Shown in pieces: positions 1-11,152 of a DNA stretch of 49,477 bases. A program made the translations under genes and the position numbers. The DNA is from Octopus bimaculoides (lineage: Eukaryota). The notes under the pieces are model-generated. The model was not told the DNA's origin, made no database searches, and saw only the letters and a program-made list of their open reading frames with translations. The DNA lies in assembly GCF_001194135.2 (NCBI RefSeq), contig NC_068991.1, forward strand, positions 38,773,862-38,823,338, written 5' to 3'. Each line of letters starts with the position of its first letter. Position 1 is the first letter of the stretch.

Positions 1-80
1 TTGCTTGACACGTCCATGCTCATGGCCGGCCGACCGAGAAAGAGATAGAATTAAGCGGGAAAGCTTGCTTGTTTAATTCC

Positions 81-107
81 ACGCATGCGTGAGACTACGC
101 ATGCGCA
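81..107. promoter_or_regulatory. Two GCATGC palindromes resembling NRF-1-type sites, in a CpG-rich patch
   Basis: ACGCATGCGT (81-90) and ACGCATGCGCA (97-107); the first 120 nt are CpG-dense against an AT-rich background. Confidence 0.3.
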
Positions 108-302
108 CGGCGTTACTACAAGCCCTTCAAGGTAGTGTCCCAGTCCACTGACTGAAACAGGTGAAAGACAAAAAGGTGTGTGTGTGTGTACGTGCGTGTG
201 AGGTAGAGTATGCTTCTGTTAATATTGAAAACCGATTACACTGAAGACAACCCTGATGGCATTTCGCTTTGTTTTTAATGTAGAAACTGTTTTAATTCAA
301 TA

Positions 303-652
303 CTAGACGTACTACCCAGCCTTGCCGAGTAAAGTATTCACAGAATTGTTTCCCAGTTTGTAGAATGGGAATTCACGCTACTTTTGCATGTACATATGTT
401 TTATCTAACTTCTGGACTTATCTAATTGGAACTATCCAAAGTAATAGTAATCAATTTACATGAGTAGAAGCCTTTTTTTAACAATTTTTATCCTGAATAT
501 CACCTGTTACTTTTTGTTTTAAAGTGAAAGAGAAGAGAAAGTGAAAGATGTAGAAACGTGTGTATGAAATGAATGTGTGTGTGTGTGAGAGAGAGAAAGA
601 AAGAGTGTGCCTCTTACACATACATGAGAATACACACGTTCACTCACTTACA

Positions 653-706
<54 letters not shown>

Positions 707-1249
707 CACACATACACACGTACATACAAAAAAGATGTACGTATATGTATTGATGTATGTACGTATACATGACAACACACCCCTTCACACTCTCTCTCTC
801 TCTTCTTCACATACAGGTCCATTTCATATACACATACATACATCTTTCACTTTCTTCTCTCTTTCATTTTAAAACAAAAGTAATACAAAAAATTTACGGA
901 AATTAACGAACTCCGGATGATGAAATCACATTCAGTTAAAAATATTTCCAAATGGGTTTTTTCAACGGTTCCTTTTACTTCTTCGAGAGCGCGAAGACAA
1001 TATGTGTGTATATGTCACAGATAGCGAACGTGTGTTTGTGTTGACTGACACGCCATTATATGTGTGTGTATTCTGTATGTGTGTTGACGTCATGGAAGCC
1101 ATGTATTTTTTTCATCAAGAAATAACAAAAATTGTATTTAATCACTTAAATAGAGGTCCAAATGTCACAAAAATTTGTACTGCACTGCCGAAGGTAAGTA
1201 TGAAAATAAATATGTAAAAAAATTAAGATAAAATATACTATCTCTGAGA
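303..1249 (-). mobile_element. Non-autonomous Helitron-like element (3' end clear, 5' end uncertain)
   Basis: Minus strand ends ACTCGGC-AAG-GCTGGGT hairpin, then AGTACGT-CTAG|T at 303. A possible A|TC 5' end lies at 1249. Internal (CT)n and (GT)n tracts. Confidence 0.45.
655..702. repeat. (CT)n microsatellite
   Basis: Perfect CT run. Confidence 0.95.
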
Positions 1250-1875
1250 TATTTCAGTTTCAAACATCCTTAGAGTTTTAGTATTATCAAGGTGCACAAC
1301 TGCAATATATAATTATGAAATCACTACCCTTTATATTTACTTATCTAAATGCCATTCAGCTCTTGTAACCGATTCGCTTGACCTACCTTTCATCTTTACC
1401 TGGTATAGGTTACCCATCATGACCTGTCTCCAACTTCCATTTGGTGACTTACCTCGTATCGTTATTTACGCTACTAAATATACTCGCTGCAATAGACCAA
1501 CCTACATCCCATTTCAAGGCTTTTTAGTCAAAGAAATTGTCCCCCTGGTACTGATGAGGATGTTAAAGATGTCTGTTGTGGGGTGACCTGAAATTTATGA
1601 CCTTAGAGTGTTTCAGCACTGGAAGAAAGGTACAAGTAGTAATAGAAAAAGACAAATATACAAACAGAAATGTACACATAAATACACACACACAACAGAC
1701 ATCTTTAACATCCTCGCCACTTGACTCTGGACAATTGTCTAGTTATCTATCTAATAGATCTTTTCACTCTAAGTTGTCGTAGACTAATGTCGCTGTGTGG
1801 TTAAATACATCGCCTTCCATCGGACGAATCTTGGTAACAATGGTCCTGCCAGTATTGGTTGACACACACCGCCAG

Positions 1876-1935
1876 CTTCTTCTTCTTCTTCTTCTTCTTC
1901 TTCTTCTTCTTCTTCTTCTTCTTCTTCTTCTTCTT
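1876..1935. repeat. (TTC)n microsatellite, about 20 units, followed by a pyrimidine-rich tract
   Basis: Read directly; source of the poly-F/L/K/R ORFs in the track. Confidence 0.95.
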
Positions 1936-2623
1936 CCTTCTCCTTCCAATTCTTCTCTTTCGCTTTCTTCTATTCATTTTCCTCCCTCTCCTTCCCTTTC
2001 TCCTACCTATCATTATACATATCAACCCTCTTGATTCTACCCCCTCACATAATTTCTTCCACACCGACCCATCCCGCATACACACTTTTAATTTTTTTAT
2101 TTCTTCCCAGTATTTTCATAACAGCAGGCTCTGATAGATGCACAGTGTAATAGCATGTCTTTGATGCAAGTCTGAGGAAGTGTCTCTCCAATGCCTAAAA
2201 CCGCATATATTACGTAATTTTTCTTTTAGAATTTTTGTGTGAACTGGCGTTCCAAATGAAGATGATAAGGAAACATGTGCAACTTACAATTAAAGATGTG
2301 TTAAAGAATTTTCTTTGTCTTCTTATCATTTGGATTATTTACTCTTCGCCAAATTTGACAGTATAATCGTCATGAAACTTGGATTTTCTACACCAGATGT
2401 ATTCTGGCCTTGTCTTGGATCCTAACAGTGTTAATAGCCCAGTATTTGGATTGAATGCTTCTTGCAAAATACCCCAACTTCAACTTCACATCCAACTGAA
2501 TTTAGCCTTTTGCACTATACCAAATATACACTTCGTATATTCGAACCTTCATATATTCATTTTAATCCCAAGCAATGCCGTGTATCTCTGCTATTGTATA
2601 GATAGATAGATACATACATACAT

Positions 2624-2661
<38 letters not shown>

Positions 2662-3338
2662 NNNNNNNNNNNNNNNNNNNNNNNNNNNNNNNNNNNNNNN
2701 NNNNNNNNNNNNNNNNNNNNNNNNNNNNNNNNNNNNNNNNNNNNNNNNNNNNNNNNNNNNNNNNNNNNNNNNNNNNNNNNNNNNNNNNNNNNNNNNNNNN
2801 NNNNNNNNNNNNNNNNNNNNNNNNNNNNNNNNNNNNNNNNNNNNNNNNNNNNNNNNNNNNNNNNNNNNNNNNNNNNNNNNNNNNNNNNNNNNNNNNNNNN
2901 NNNNNNNNNNNNNNNNNNNNNNNNNNNNNNNNNNNNNNNNNNNNNNNNNNNNNNNNNNNNNNNNNNNNNNNNNNNNNNNNNNNNNNNNNNNNNNNNNNNN
3001 NNNNNNNNNNNNNNNNNNNNNNNNNNNNNNNNNNNNNNNNNNNNNNNNNNNNNNNNNNNNNNNNNNNNNNNNNNNNNNNNNNNNNNNNNNNNNNNNNNNN
3101 NNNNNNNNNNNNNNNNNNNNNNNNNNNNNNNNNNNNNNNNNNNNNNNNNNNNNNNNNNNNNNNNNNNNNNNNNNNNNNNNNNNNNNNNNNNNNNNNNNNN
3201 NNNNNNNNNNNNNNNNNNNNNNNNNNNNNNNNNNNNNNNNNNNNNNNNNNNNNNNNNNNNNNNNNNNNNNNNNNNNNNNNNNNNNNNNNNNNNNNNNNNN
3301 NNNNNNNNNNNNNNNNNNNNNNNNNNNNNNNNNNNNNN
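2662..3338. other. Assembly gap; other gaps at 5040-5136, 5939-6113, 27057-27937, 31786-31964, 34555-34564
   Basis: N runs, mostly next to (TA)n tracts or inside repeats. Confidence 1.
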
Positions 3339-4968
3339 AACTCGCCCCATACGTGACAGCAGCCGTTCGGCATAAGCCCACAGGTCTGAAATGGTTGGAC
3401 ACTGCCCGAGTGCGTGCAGAACGGTTTCGTCGCTCTGACAGCATCTCGGGCAAGTCGGTCCGGTGTGTCTCGAACCGTGCCTGTAGAGCTTATCCCGAAC
3501 AGGTAATGCTTCTCGATAGCACTGCCAGGCCAGAGATCTCTGGTGATTGTCCATAGGTCCCGGCCCGAAAGTTGTCCTGAACAGGCGGGTCAGGGGTTCC
3601 TCGTCGACGCGCAGATTCTGCCCAAGAACATCATCGCACCTCCTCTCTGCTAATCCTCTATAGAACGCCTTTGTTGTAATGAAGTTACACAAGTTTGGTC
3701 CCGGATAGCAGAATTGCTTAAGAGCAACGCGACACTCGCGGTGCCATTCGCCTAACCTCGGTTTGTTTGATCTACGACTGCAGTTCGGTCAAGGAGACGA
3801 ACTGCGGGAAAGCGCGCCGCACAAATAGCGACCACACCTGTTCCCCATCGTCTATGAAGCGCCGGAGATGTCACAGTCTCAGCGCATGTCTGTACATCAT
3901 CAACCCCGGCATGCCTAGCCCTCCATTTAGCGGGTGTTGACAGCAAATGGATTAACTAACCATCAGAACGCCTCCCTTCCACAAAAAGCGGAAGAGTATA
4001 TGTTCCAGTTTGGTGATGGTAGGGTTTGGACAAGGCACGACGGTCAGACGGTACTCGATGACGGATGCGATGTACGCGTTCGTCACCTCCACCCGACCTT
4101 TTAGGGGTAGCTTCCTCTCGGCCCATTGCTGAGTGAAAGTGGCCACCCTAGTTGTTATTTCGCCTTACTTCTTCTCCATTGGAGGTCCGGACCGAATCAG
4201 ACTCCGAGCAATTTAACTGGTCCGTCGGTCCAACGTCCCACGATGGAGATGCTGTTGGACGGCATGGGCTTGCTTCTCCAAGTGCCGAGCCACAAGCCCA
4301 CTGACTTTTCCCGGTTAATTTTTGCTCTCGTTACCGCTTCGTATTCTTTTAGTGTCTCACCGACCAGGTTGATGTGCTTGTGGTTCGACACAATGACGGT
4401 GACGTCGTCCACGTATGCAGACACGCTCCTCCCGCATCCCAGCTCTCGTGGGATGCTCCTCAGCGTCACCAGCTTCTGCAGGAGTGTCTCAAGAGTCAAT
4501 ACATAAAGAAGCAACGAAAGCGGGCATCCTCGAAGAACCGAACGCATGATGTTAAATGGTCTGGATAGATGAACATTTACGCGAACTACCGAGCGGATGC
4601 CGCTGTATAAGGCAGTGATCCAACTGTGGAAGATGAGACCGAAACCAGCCGCTCTGAGGACAACCTCCAAGTAGTGATGGTCTGCCCTATCGAAAGCTTT
4701 TGATTGATCCAAATTGATCAGCACCCCACCCGTGCCAGGTTCCTTAACTACCCTGTCTATGATGTAGCACATCAGATGGAGGTTGTCATGGATACTCCTA
4801 CTTGGCATGGCGCACGTTTGCGCCTTGTCGACCAGTTTCTCGATGATAAGCACCAACCTCTCAGCTAACACCTTGGCCAAAATTTTCAAATCTGCGTTGA
4901 GCAGTGATGGACCTGAAGTCATCAATGACATTCCCCTTGTTTGGATCTTTCTTTAGCAGCGCCACCGA
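3339..4968 (-). mobile_element. 5'-truncated, frameshifted L1/Tx1-clade LINE (RT plus zf-RVT)
   Basis: LLNADLKILAKVLAERL, LDQSKAFDR, RGCPLS, AYVDDVTV; C-terminal CPRCCQSDETVLHALGQCP knuckle; GC-rich relative to flanks; left end abuts an N-gap. Confidence 0.92.
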
Positions 4969-5141
4969 GACAGATAGATATGTAAATATAGATAGATATT
5001 ACATAAATGTATATAGATAAATATATATAAATATACATANNNNNNNNNNNNNNNNNNNNNNNNNNNNNNNNNNNNNNNNNNNNNNNNNNNNNNNNNNNNN
5101 NNNNNNNNNNNNNNNNNNNNNNNNNNNNNNNNNNNNATATA

Positions 5142-5176
<35 letters not shown>

Positions 5177-5229
5177 GTATAAATATATATAGACATATAT
5201 ACACAAATATATATAGATAGATATATATA

Positions 5230-5829
5230 AATTCAATTTAAAACCAAGTGGCCTAGCATATAAAAAATCTGAAAATTCAGAAAAATTGTATTATATGTGT
5301 ATAAGAAGGGATGACCACTAAGTGGACATCCGATATGCTAGAAAGAGGTCATCAACGACCCAACCACAAAGAAAAATAATGTTCTCCAGAAAAAAATTTC
5401 GCAAAACACCAGAACATAGGCAGGCAGGACAAAATGAGAAATATACACAATAAAGAATTATGTACCAGTTTCAACATTAACGTTTTACTTACGTAACAAC
5501 ATCTGTAGTCTCTTCAGCACAATCGTTCTAGAATCACTATATTTTGCAGAACTATACACAAATTGTCTTCATAAAATAAGACTGGCATACAGTTCTACCA
5601 ATTACATTGGGGTTATTTTTCAAAATGTCTCAGTTCTGATGTGCCAAATTCAGGAAACAATTCTGCAGTATATGTTGCCGGCTGGAGAACATAATTATTT
5701 GAATTACTATTTATATATAGAGGGTGATAAATTGAATATTAATTCAATTTAAAACCAAGTGGCCTAGCATATAAAAAATCTGAAAATTCAGAAAAATTGT
5801 ATTACATGTGTATAAGAAGGGATGACCAC
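5230..5829 (-). mobile_element. 511-bp unit bounded by 89-bp direct repeats; Penelope/retrozyme-like non-autonomous element
   Basis: 5230-5318 matches 5741-5829 at 88/89 nt; contains a hammerhead motif at 5457-5523. Confidence 0.55.
5457..5523 (-). ncRNA. Putative minimal type I hammerhead ribozyme
   Basis: ATTGTG-CTGAAGA-[GAC...GTT, long imperfect stem II]-GAAA-C-TG-G-TA|CATAAT. Stem I has 6 bp (one GU), the 10.1-11.1 pair is G.U, and the cleavage triplet is GUA. Confidence 0.55.
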
Positions 5830-5901
5830 ATTTGTTGTTTACACCACCTATCTTCGTCTGTTGTTTTTTCACGAATTCTCCCATATATATGTATATATAT
5901 A

Positions 5902-5934
<33 letters not shown>

Positions 5935-6113
5935 GTGTNNNNNNNNNNNNNNNNNNNNNNNNNNNNNNNNNNNNNNNNNNNNNNNNNNNNNNNNNNNNNN
6001 NNNNNNNNNNNNNNNNNNNNNNNNNNNNNNNNNNNNNNNNNNNNNNNNNNNNNNNNNNNNNNNNNNNNNNNNNNNNNNNNNNNNNNNNNNNNNNNNNNNN
6101 NNNNNNNNNNNNN

Positions 6114-6160
<47 letters not shown>

Positions 6161-6439
6161 TATATATATATTTAGTTATATATATACATATATATTACAA
6201 TTAAAAGGGTAAAGGTTTATCAATTTATTAATTTATTAATAAATTAACAATTAATAATTTTTACCAAGCCCTTCGGTATGTAAACACCATTATCGGTTAG
6301 TTTTCATTGTTTTTTCTTCTTGTTTTTGCCTTTGTGAGTTACAAGTAATGCTATCTGTTGGAGTCTCAGCTTTTTAGCTGCTATTTCTGAACTTCGGTAT
6401 GTGGTGAAGCAACTGTTTGCTGATCCCTTAATTATGTTT

Positions 6440-6642
6440 ATACATATATATATATATATTTGATAGATCGCTGACCGCTACACATATTTTTTTCTCTCCT
6501 TGTTTCTTTCTGTGTTCCTTTCTGTTGAAGAGCATAGGCTCGCAACGTTAAAGACTTTCTCTATTCCCAAGCATTATACTAATACATCCATTTGTTGTTT
6601 ACACCACCTGTCTTCGTCTATTGCTTTTTCGTGAATTCTCCT
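6440..6642 (+). mobile_element. Penelope-associated repeat fragment with a decayed hammerhead-like motif
   Basis: CTTT-CTGTTGA-A-GAGC-ATAG-GCTC-GCAACGTT-AAAG at 6518-6553. Its tttgttgtttacaccacctgtcttcgtc motif recurs at about 5830 and 31691. Confidence 0.4.
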
Positions 6643-6799
6643 TATATAAATATATATATATTTACATCAATATATATATATGTAAATATATGAATATATA
6701 TATATATAAATATATATATAAATAAATATATATATATAAATATATATATGTATATATATAAATATGTATATATATATAAATAAACAATGATATGTATGT

Positions 6800-6992
6800 G
6801 TGTGTTTGTACCCCCAACATCGCTTGACAACCGATGCTGGTGTGTTTATGTCCCCGTAACCTAGCAGTTTGGCAAAAGGGACCAAAAGAATAAGTACTAG
6901 GCTTACACATAATAAGTCCTGGGGTCGATTTTCTCGACTAAAGGCGGTGCTCCAACATAGCTGCAGTTAAATGACCGAAACAAGTAAAAGAG
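6800..6992 (+). mobile_element. SINE family A, 3' half
   Basis: ttgacaaccgatgctggtgtgtttatgtccccgtaac body and ggcggtgctcc...gaaacaagtaaaagag tail, shared with other copies in the window. Confidence 0.85.
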
Positions 6993-7012
6993 TGTATGTA
7001 TATATATATATA

Positions 7013-9790
7013 CTCCTTTACATGTTTCAGCCATCCGGCTGTGGTCCTGCTGGAGCACTACCATGGTCTTTCTGACTTCCTCAGTCTAGGTGTTTTGCAT
7101 CCCCACTTCCATATGTCTTTGTCCAAGCTGTTGGATACATTTGGTGTATAAAGGAGTTTGATTCCACTGCCCTCATCTGCACCTCATGTCAGATTGTTGG
7201 TTCTTCCGTCTTTGTGGAGAGGAGGATGTCTATTTCCTTTTTGAACACATTTACTCCCACCTTATGCAAATTTCTTAATTTTTGTGGCAGGGTATTATAC
7301 AGCTGTGGACCTTTGAACTAGACTATTGCAGTATTTGGTCCTGAATTTAGATGTAGTGGATGGTACATTTGATACAATACAACGGAGGCCAGTTCTGGCC
7401 TTTGTATAACACTCAATGCCAAAGTTAAGTACTAGCTCTTCTAGGATTTTCCATATGTATATTATTGCATATCTCTCAAGCCTCCACTCAAGGGAGTAAA
7501 GCTATAGTTTTCTCAGCCTATCCCTGTAGTTCATCCGCTGTACTGTTTTAATCTTTTTAGTGTACTGGTGTTGGACTGTTTCAAGCTCCACTGTTAGTTT
7601 GCCACTATGTGGTGACCATAACTGGGAGCAGTAGTCCAGGCAGCTGAGAACTATGGTTCTCCACAGGGTCAATAGTTTCTTGGTCTCTTGTCTTGAAGGA
7701 ACGCAGTATCCATCCTGTCAGTTGTCTGCACTTTACTGCCATCTTGCTTATGTGCATATAAAATGATGCGTCATTGCACATACTGATCCCCTAGTCTTTC
7801 ACTACCTGTGACTCTGGGATTGTAGTGCCTTCGGGTCCTGTATATGTAGATTGTACTGTATTCATGAGTTGATAGTGCAGTGCTTGAAATTTTCCAGCAT
7901 TAAATTGCATGTTGTTTTTTTCGGCCCACTTGAATTTAGGTCCTGCTGTAAGCTTCTGACATCATTTTGGTTTTTTATTACCTGTGATAATTTTGTATCA
8001 TCGGCATAGCTAGTGACAGTGGCTGTCCAAGTGACCATGGGCATGTCTAAGAGGGCTATTATGAACATTGATGGCCCCAGAAGGGTTCCCTGGGGGACAC
8101 CACTTAGGATCTGAGTTTCCTCAAAAAGGGCATCATTGGCTGCAAATACCTGACTTCTGTTTTTAAGGAAGTCATGCAGCCACTCTCCCAGTTTACCAGC
8201 AATGACAACGTCTCGTAGCTTATTACTTATCATACCATGATCTACCTTATCAAATGCCTTTGCGAAGTCAAGGGATATCACAGACATCCAAATGGTCAAG
8301 CAGCTGCTTCAAAACCCAGTCATAGTGCTGAAGGAGCTGTGTGAGGCAGCTTCTTCCTGGGTGGAAGCCATGCTGAGTATTGTTCAGTAGGTAATTTTCT
8401 TCTAGGAACATTATCAACTTCTTTCTGATGATTCGCTCCATGACTTTACTCATATGCGAAGTCAGAGATATTGGCCTGTAGTTTTTGGCCTCTGCTCTGC
8501 TTCCACCTTCATGGATAGGGCATATAATACCTTCTTTCAGCTTTTTTAGGAAGTATACTACTTGCAAGGAAACTTTGGAAAAGTATCTGAAGTGGTTTCG
8601 CTAAAGCCTGCTTACATGACTTTAGGGGAATAGCTGGGAGGCCATCAAGACCAGTGGTGGAGTATGATCTCATTTCATCTATGGCCGCTGTTACATCTGC
8701 TTCCTCAATGTTGATGTAATTGATGGCCGGCGCCTCCTTTTTCAGAGCTGCAATATCAAAGAATTCAGCTGGATTTTTTATTTGCATGTGTCCAAGGGGG
8801 GAAGTGAAGTCACTTTTAAATTGTTCACTGAGTATCTTACTTATCCTTCTTGGATCCAGCATCAGTGAGTCATTCCTTTGGAACAATGGTCCTATTTTAT
8901 ATTGTATTGCAGCTGTTTCCTTTGAAAATTTATAGAAAGCTTTGAGATTTGCTTTTATGCTTTCCATAACCCTTTTCTCTCTCTCTCTTCTTTCCCTTTC
9001 ATAAGAGAGTTTGATCTTGATTTCAATCTCTAGGAGTGTCTGTGTTAAGATAGACTTCTCTCTATCCTTCAGTTGCCTATTCAACCACTTTGAGATCTTT
9101 GACCTGCGTCTCATGAGGATTTTCTGTCCCTAGGAATCTTGTTTGACAGTGTGCTGGTCTTTCTTTCTGAGACATATTTAGTGCATATAGCTTGCACTGT
9201 TGACATAAACTGGCTGAGTTTCAGATCGATGTATTGCATACACAGAGCGTTGGACCACTTTCGTTTGTGGATTTCTTTGCGGATGGGTTCCCATTTTGCC
9301 ATTTAAAAAAATCAGGTTGGATAAGGCTTGAGTCCTCCTGATAGGGTAGATACCAACAGTTCGTGCAGGACCATACATAGTTAGTTCAACAATGTTGTGA
9401 TCTGAGTGTCATTGGTGTCACCTTCACATTATGGATAAGGTTCACATTATTTCTGAAGCATAGGTCCAATATGTTGTTCCCCCTGCCTGGTTGGCCTGAG
9501 TATCACTTGCTCCATGAACAGCTTATTAGTAAGTTCAAATAATGACTCTACATGCTTTCGTTCACGCAGTGACATCCCAGAGAGGATGTGGCCTTCTGGC
9601 CATTTAACATGTGAGAGGTTGAAATCACCCAAGAAGAGTATGTTGATGTTCTGATCTAGGTTTGTTAATATTTCTTTGATGTGTTTGAGGCTATCCTCAA
9701 TTTTTCCATCATATTTTGTGGTATTCGGCAGACAATATATTGTACATACAGCTGGCTTTATATGTATTATTAAGGTGTCACAAACTGAGT
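7013..9790 (-). mobile_element. 5'-truncated CR1-clade LINE (partial APE endonuclease, RT, 3' UTR), pseudogenised
   Basis: LGDFNL, YRPISLTSHMSKVMER, QHGFHPGRSCLTQLL, LDFAKAFDKVDH, SGVPQGTLLGP, YADDTK across frameshifted ORFs 9447-9632, 8509-9114, 8268-8567 and 7862-8299. Confidence 0.93.
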
Positions 9791-9977
9791 TTCAATGTAA
9801 CAGTTATACAGTTCTCCAGCATGGCTGCAGTCAAATGACTGAAACAAGTAAAAGAATAAAAGAATATATATATGCATGTGTGTGTGTGTGTGTGCGTGCG
9901 TGCGTGCACGCGCATAAAATTACGATATATACATAGCATTTTCTTTCTCTTAAGAAATGATGTGAATTTAGTGCTGG

Positions 9978-11152
9978 TGTAAAGATTTCAAGTTAACCTC
10001 CCACCCCATTTCAAGCTACCTCCAGGTAGTATGAAATCGATTTCAGATTACTGGGGTGGGTAATCTGAAACCAATTTCAAATTACCTCCGCGCTGTTCAC
10101 ATTACCTACTCAATGATTTTGCTAAAATAATAAATTATAAGACTTACAACTTCTGATATTTTTATAACATTAAAAGAGGATTACATTCAAGATTGTAAAT
10201 TTAAAATATGAAAATAAGACAAGAATATTAGATTTCTTAAAACACTTTTATGATGTGCTGAAAAAAACATGTCGAATATCAAAGATTCTGTGTTTGCAAT
10301 TTATTTTAAATAAAAGCATCTTTCAAAGGTTGAGCCTCAGGCCATTTGGAAAAGTAATCCATTGCAACAATAACCATCATTTGTTTTTGACAAATCAGTG
10401 ATGTCGACACCAATTTGGGCCATCACTTCATTTGGCACAGGTACACGAAGCACATTAATTTTGTGGGTTCACTTTTTGACACCGATCACAAGACAAAACA
10501 AACTCTTTCGTGTCTTTGCCCATATTTTTCTGATAAAACCTCTCTAAAATGTTAGCCATTGTTCTATCAACACCAAGTTGACTTCCCAAGCAGCAAGCAG
10601 TATCGTTTTGTTCATCCGGATTGCAAAGATCAAGACTTCTTGGTATTCATTTTCAAAATTTCTTACTCTCTCTGCTCTGTGACAATAGTAGAGTTGGCCA
10701 CTCTGCACAACATAATGCTAGAGAGCCTACATAGGTTTCCCTTTTTGCTTTTGGACATATGAGGTCCATATTTGTTGCTAACAATATAATCGAATATCGA
10801 ATCAATGTTGTCATCTTTGTCTTGTATACTAAAGGTAGCCATTCTGGATATGCTTCTTTCAAATTTCTTCAGCTTTAAGTAAAACTCCAACTAAATGAAA
10901 GTTCTGATTTTCTCTTTGATTTACATTACTTTCTCTTTCATTTACAAATGTACATTATGCATACACACTCATAACAAACATCAGCACATTATCTCCCTAT
11001 TTGCTATCACAGTGACAAACATTTGGGGAAGAATTTTAGGTGGTGGGGTAATCTGAAATCATAGGGGGTAACTTGAAATCGATTTCAAATTACCTGCAGC
11101 AGTAATCTAAAAACGATTTCAAGTTACCGGGAGGTAATCTGAAATCGCTATG
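9978..11152 (-). mobile_element. Internally deleted Ginger-like (Gypsy-integrase-related) DNA transposon
   Basis: Frameshifted integrase at about 10270-10890: GSQLGVDRT..ERFY..M.KD..EFVLSCDRCQK, QIGVDITDL, AMDYFSKWPEAQPLK. Both ends carry arrays of GATTTCARRTTAC. Flanks CTGG/CTAG could be a 4-bp TSD. No RT or LTR seen. Confidence 0.65.

Noticed and set aside
1085-1199. CRE palindrome TGACGTCA, ATG and AAG|GTAAGT suggesting a plus-strand first exon, with a possible acceptor at 2229
   Set aside because: It lies within the probable Helitron-like element, the joined frame stops within 10 codons, and the peptide is not recognisable.
1545-1590. CTGATGAGGATG...ATGTC hammerhead-like start
   Set aside because: No GAAA after stem II and no stem I or III; at most a remnant.
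560-2134. ORF-track ORFs with poly-SL, poly-R, poly-K, poly-F or poly-L, and similar YI/CV-rich ORFs elsewhere
   Set aside because: Translations of microsatellites with no protein-like content.
2557-3556. Long ORFs containing X runs (also 26925-28187, 31681-32122)
   Set aside because: They are open only because N gaps contain no stops.
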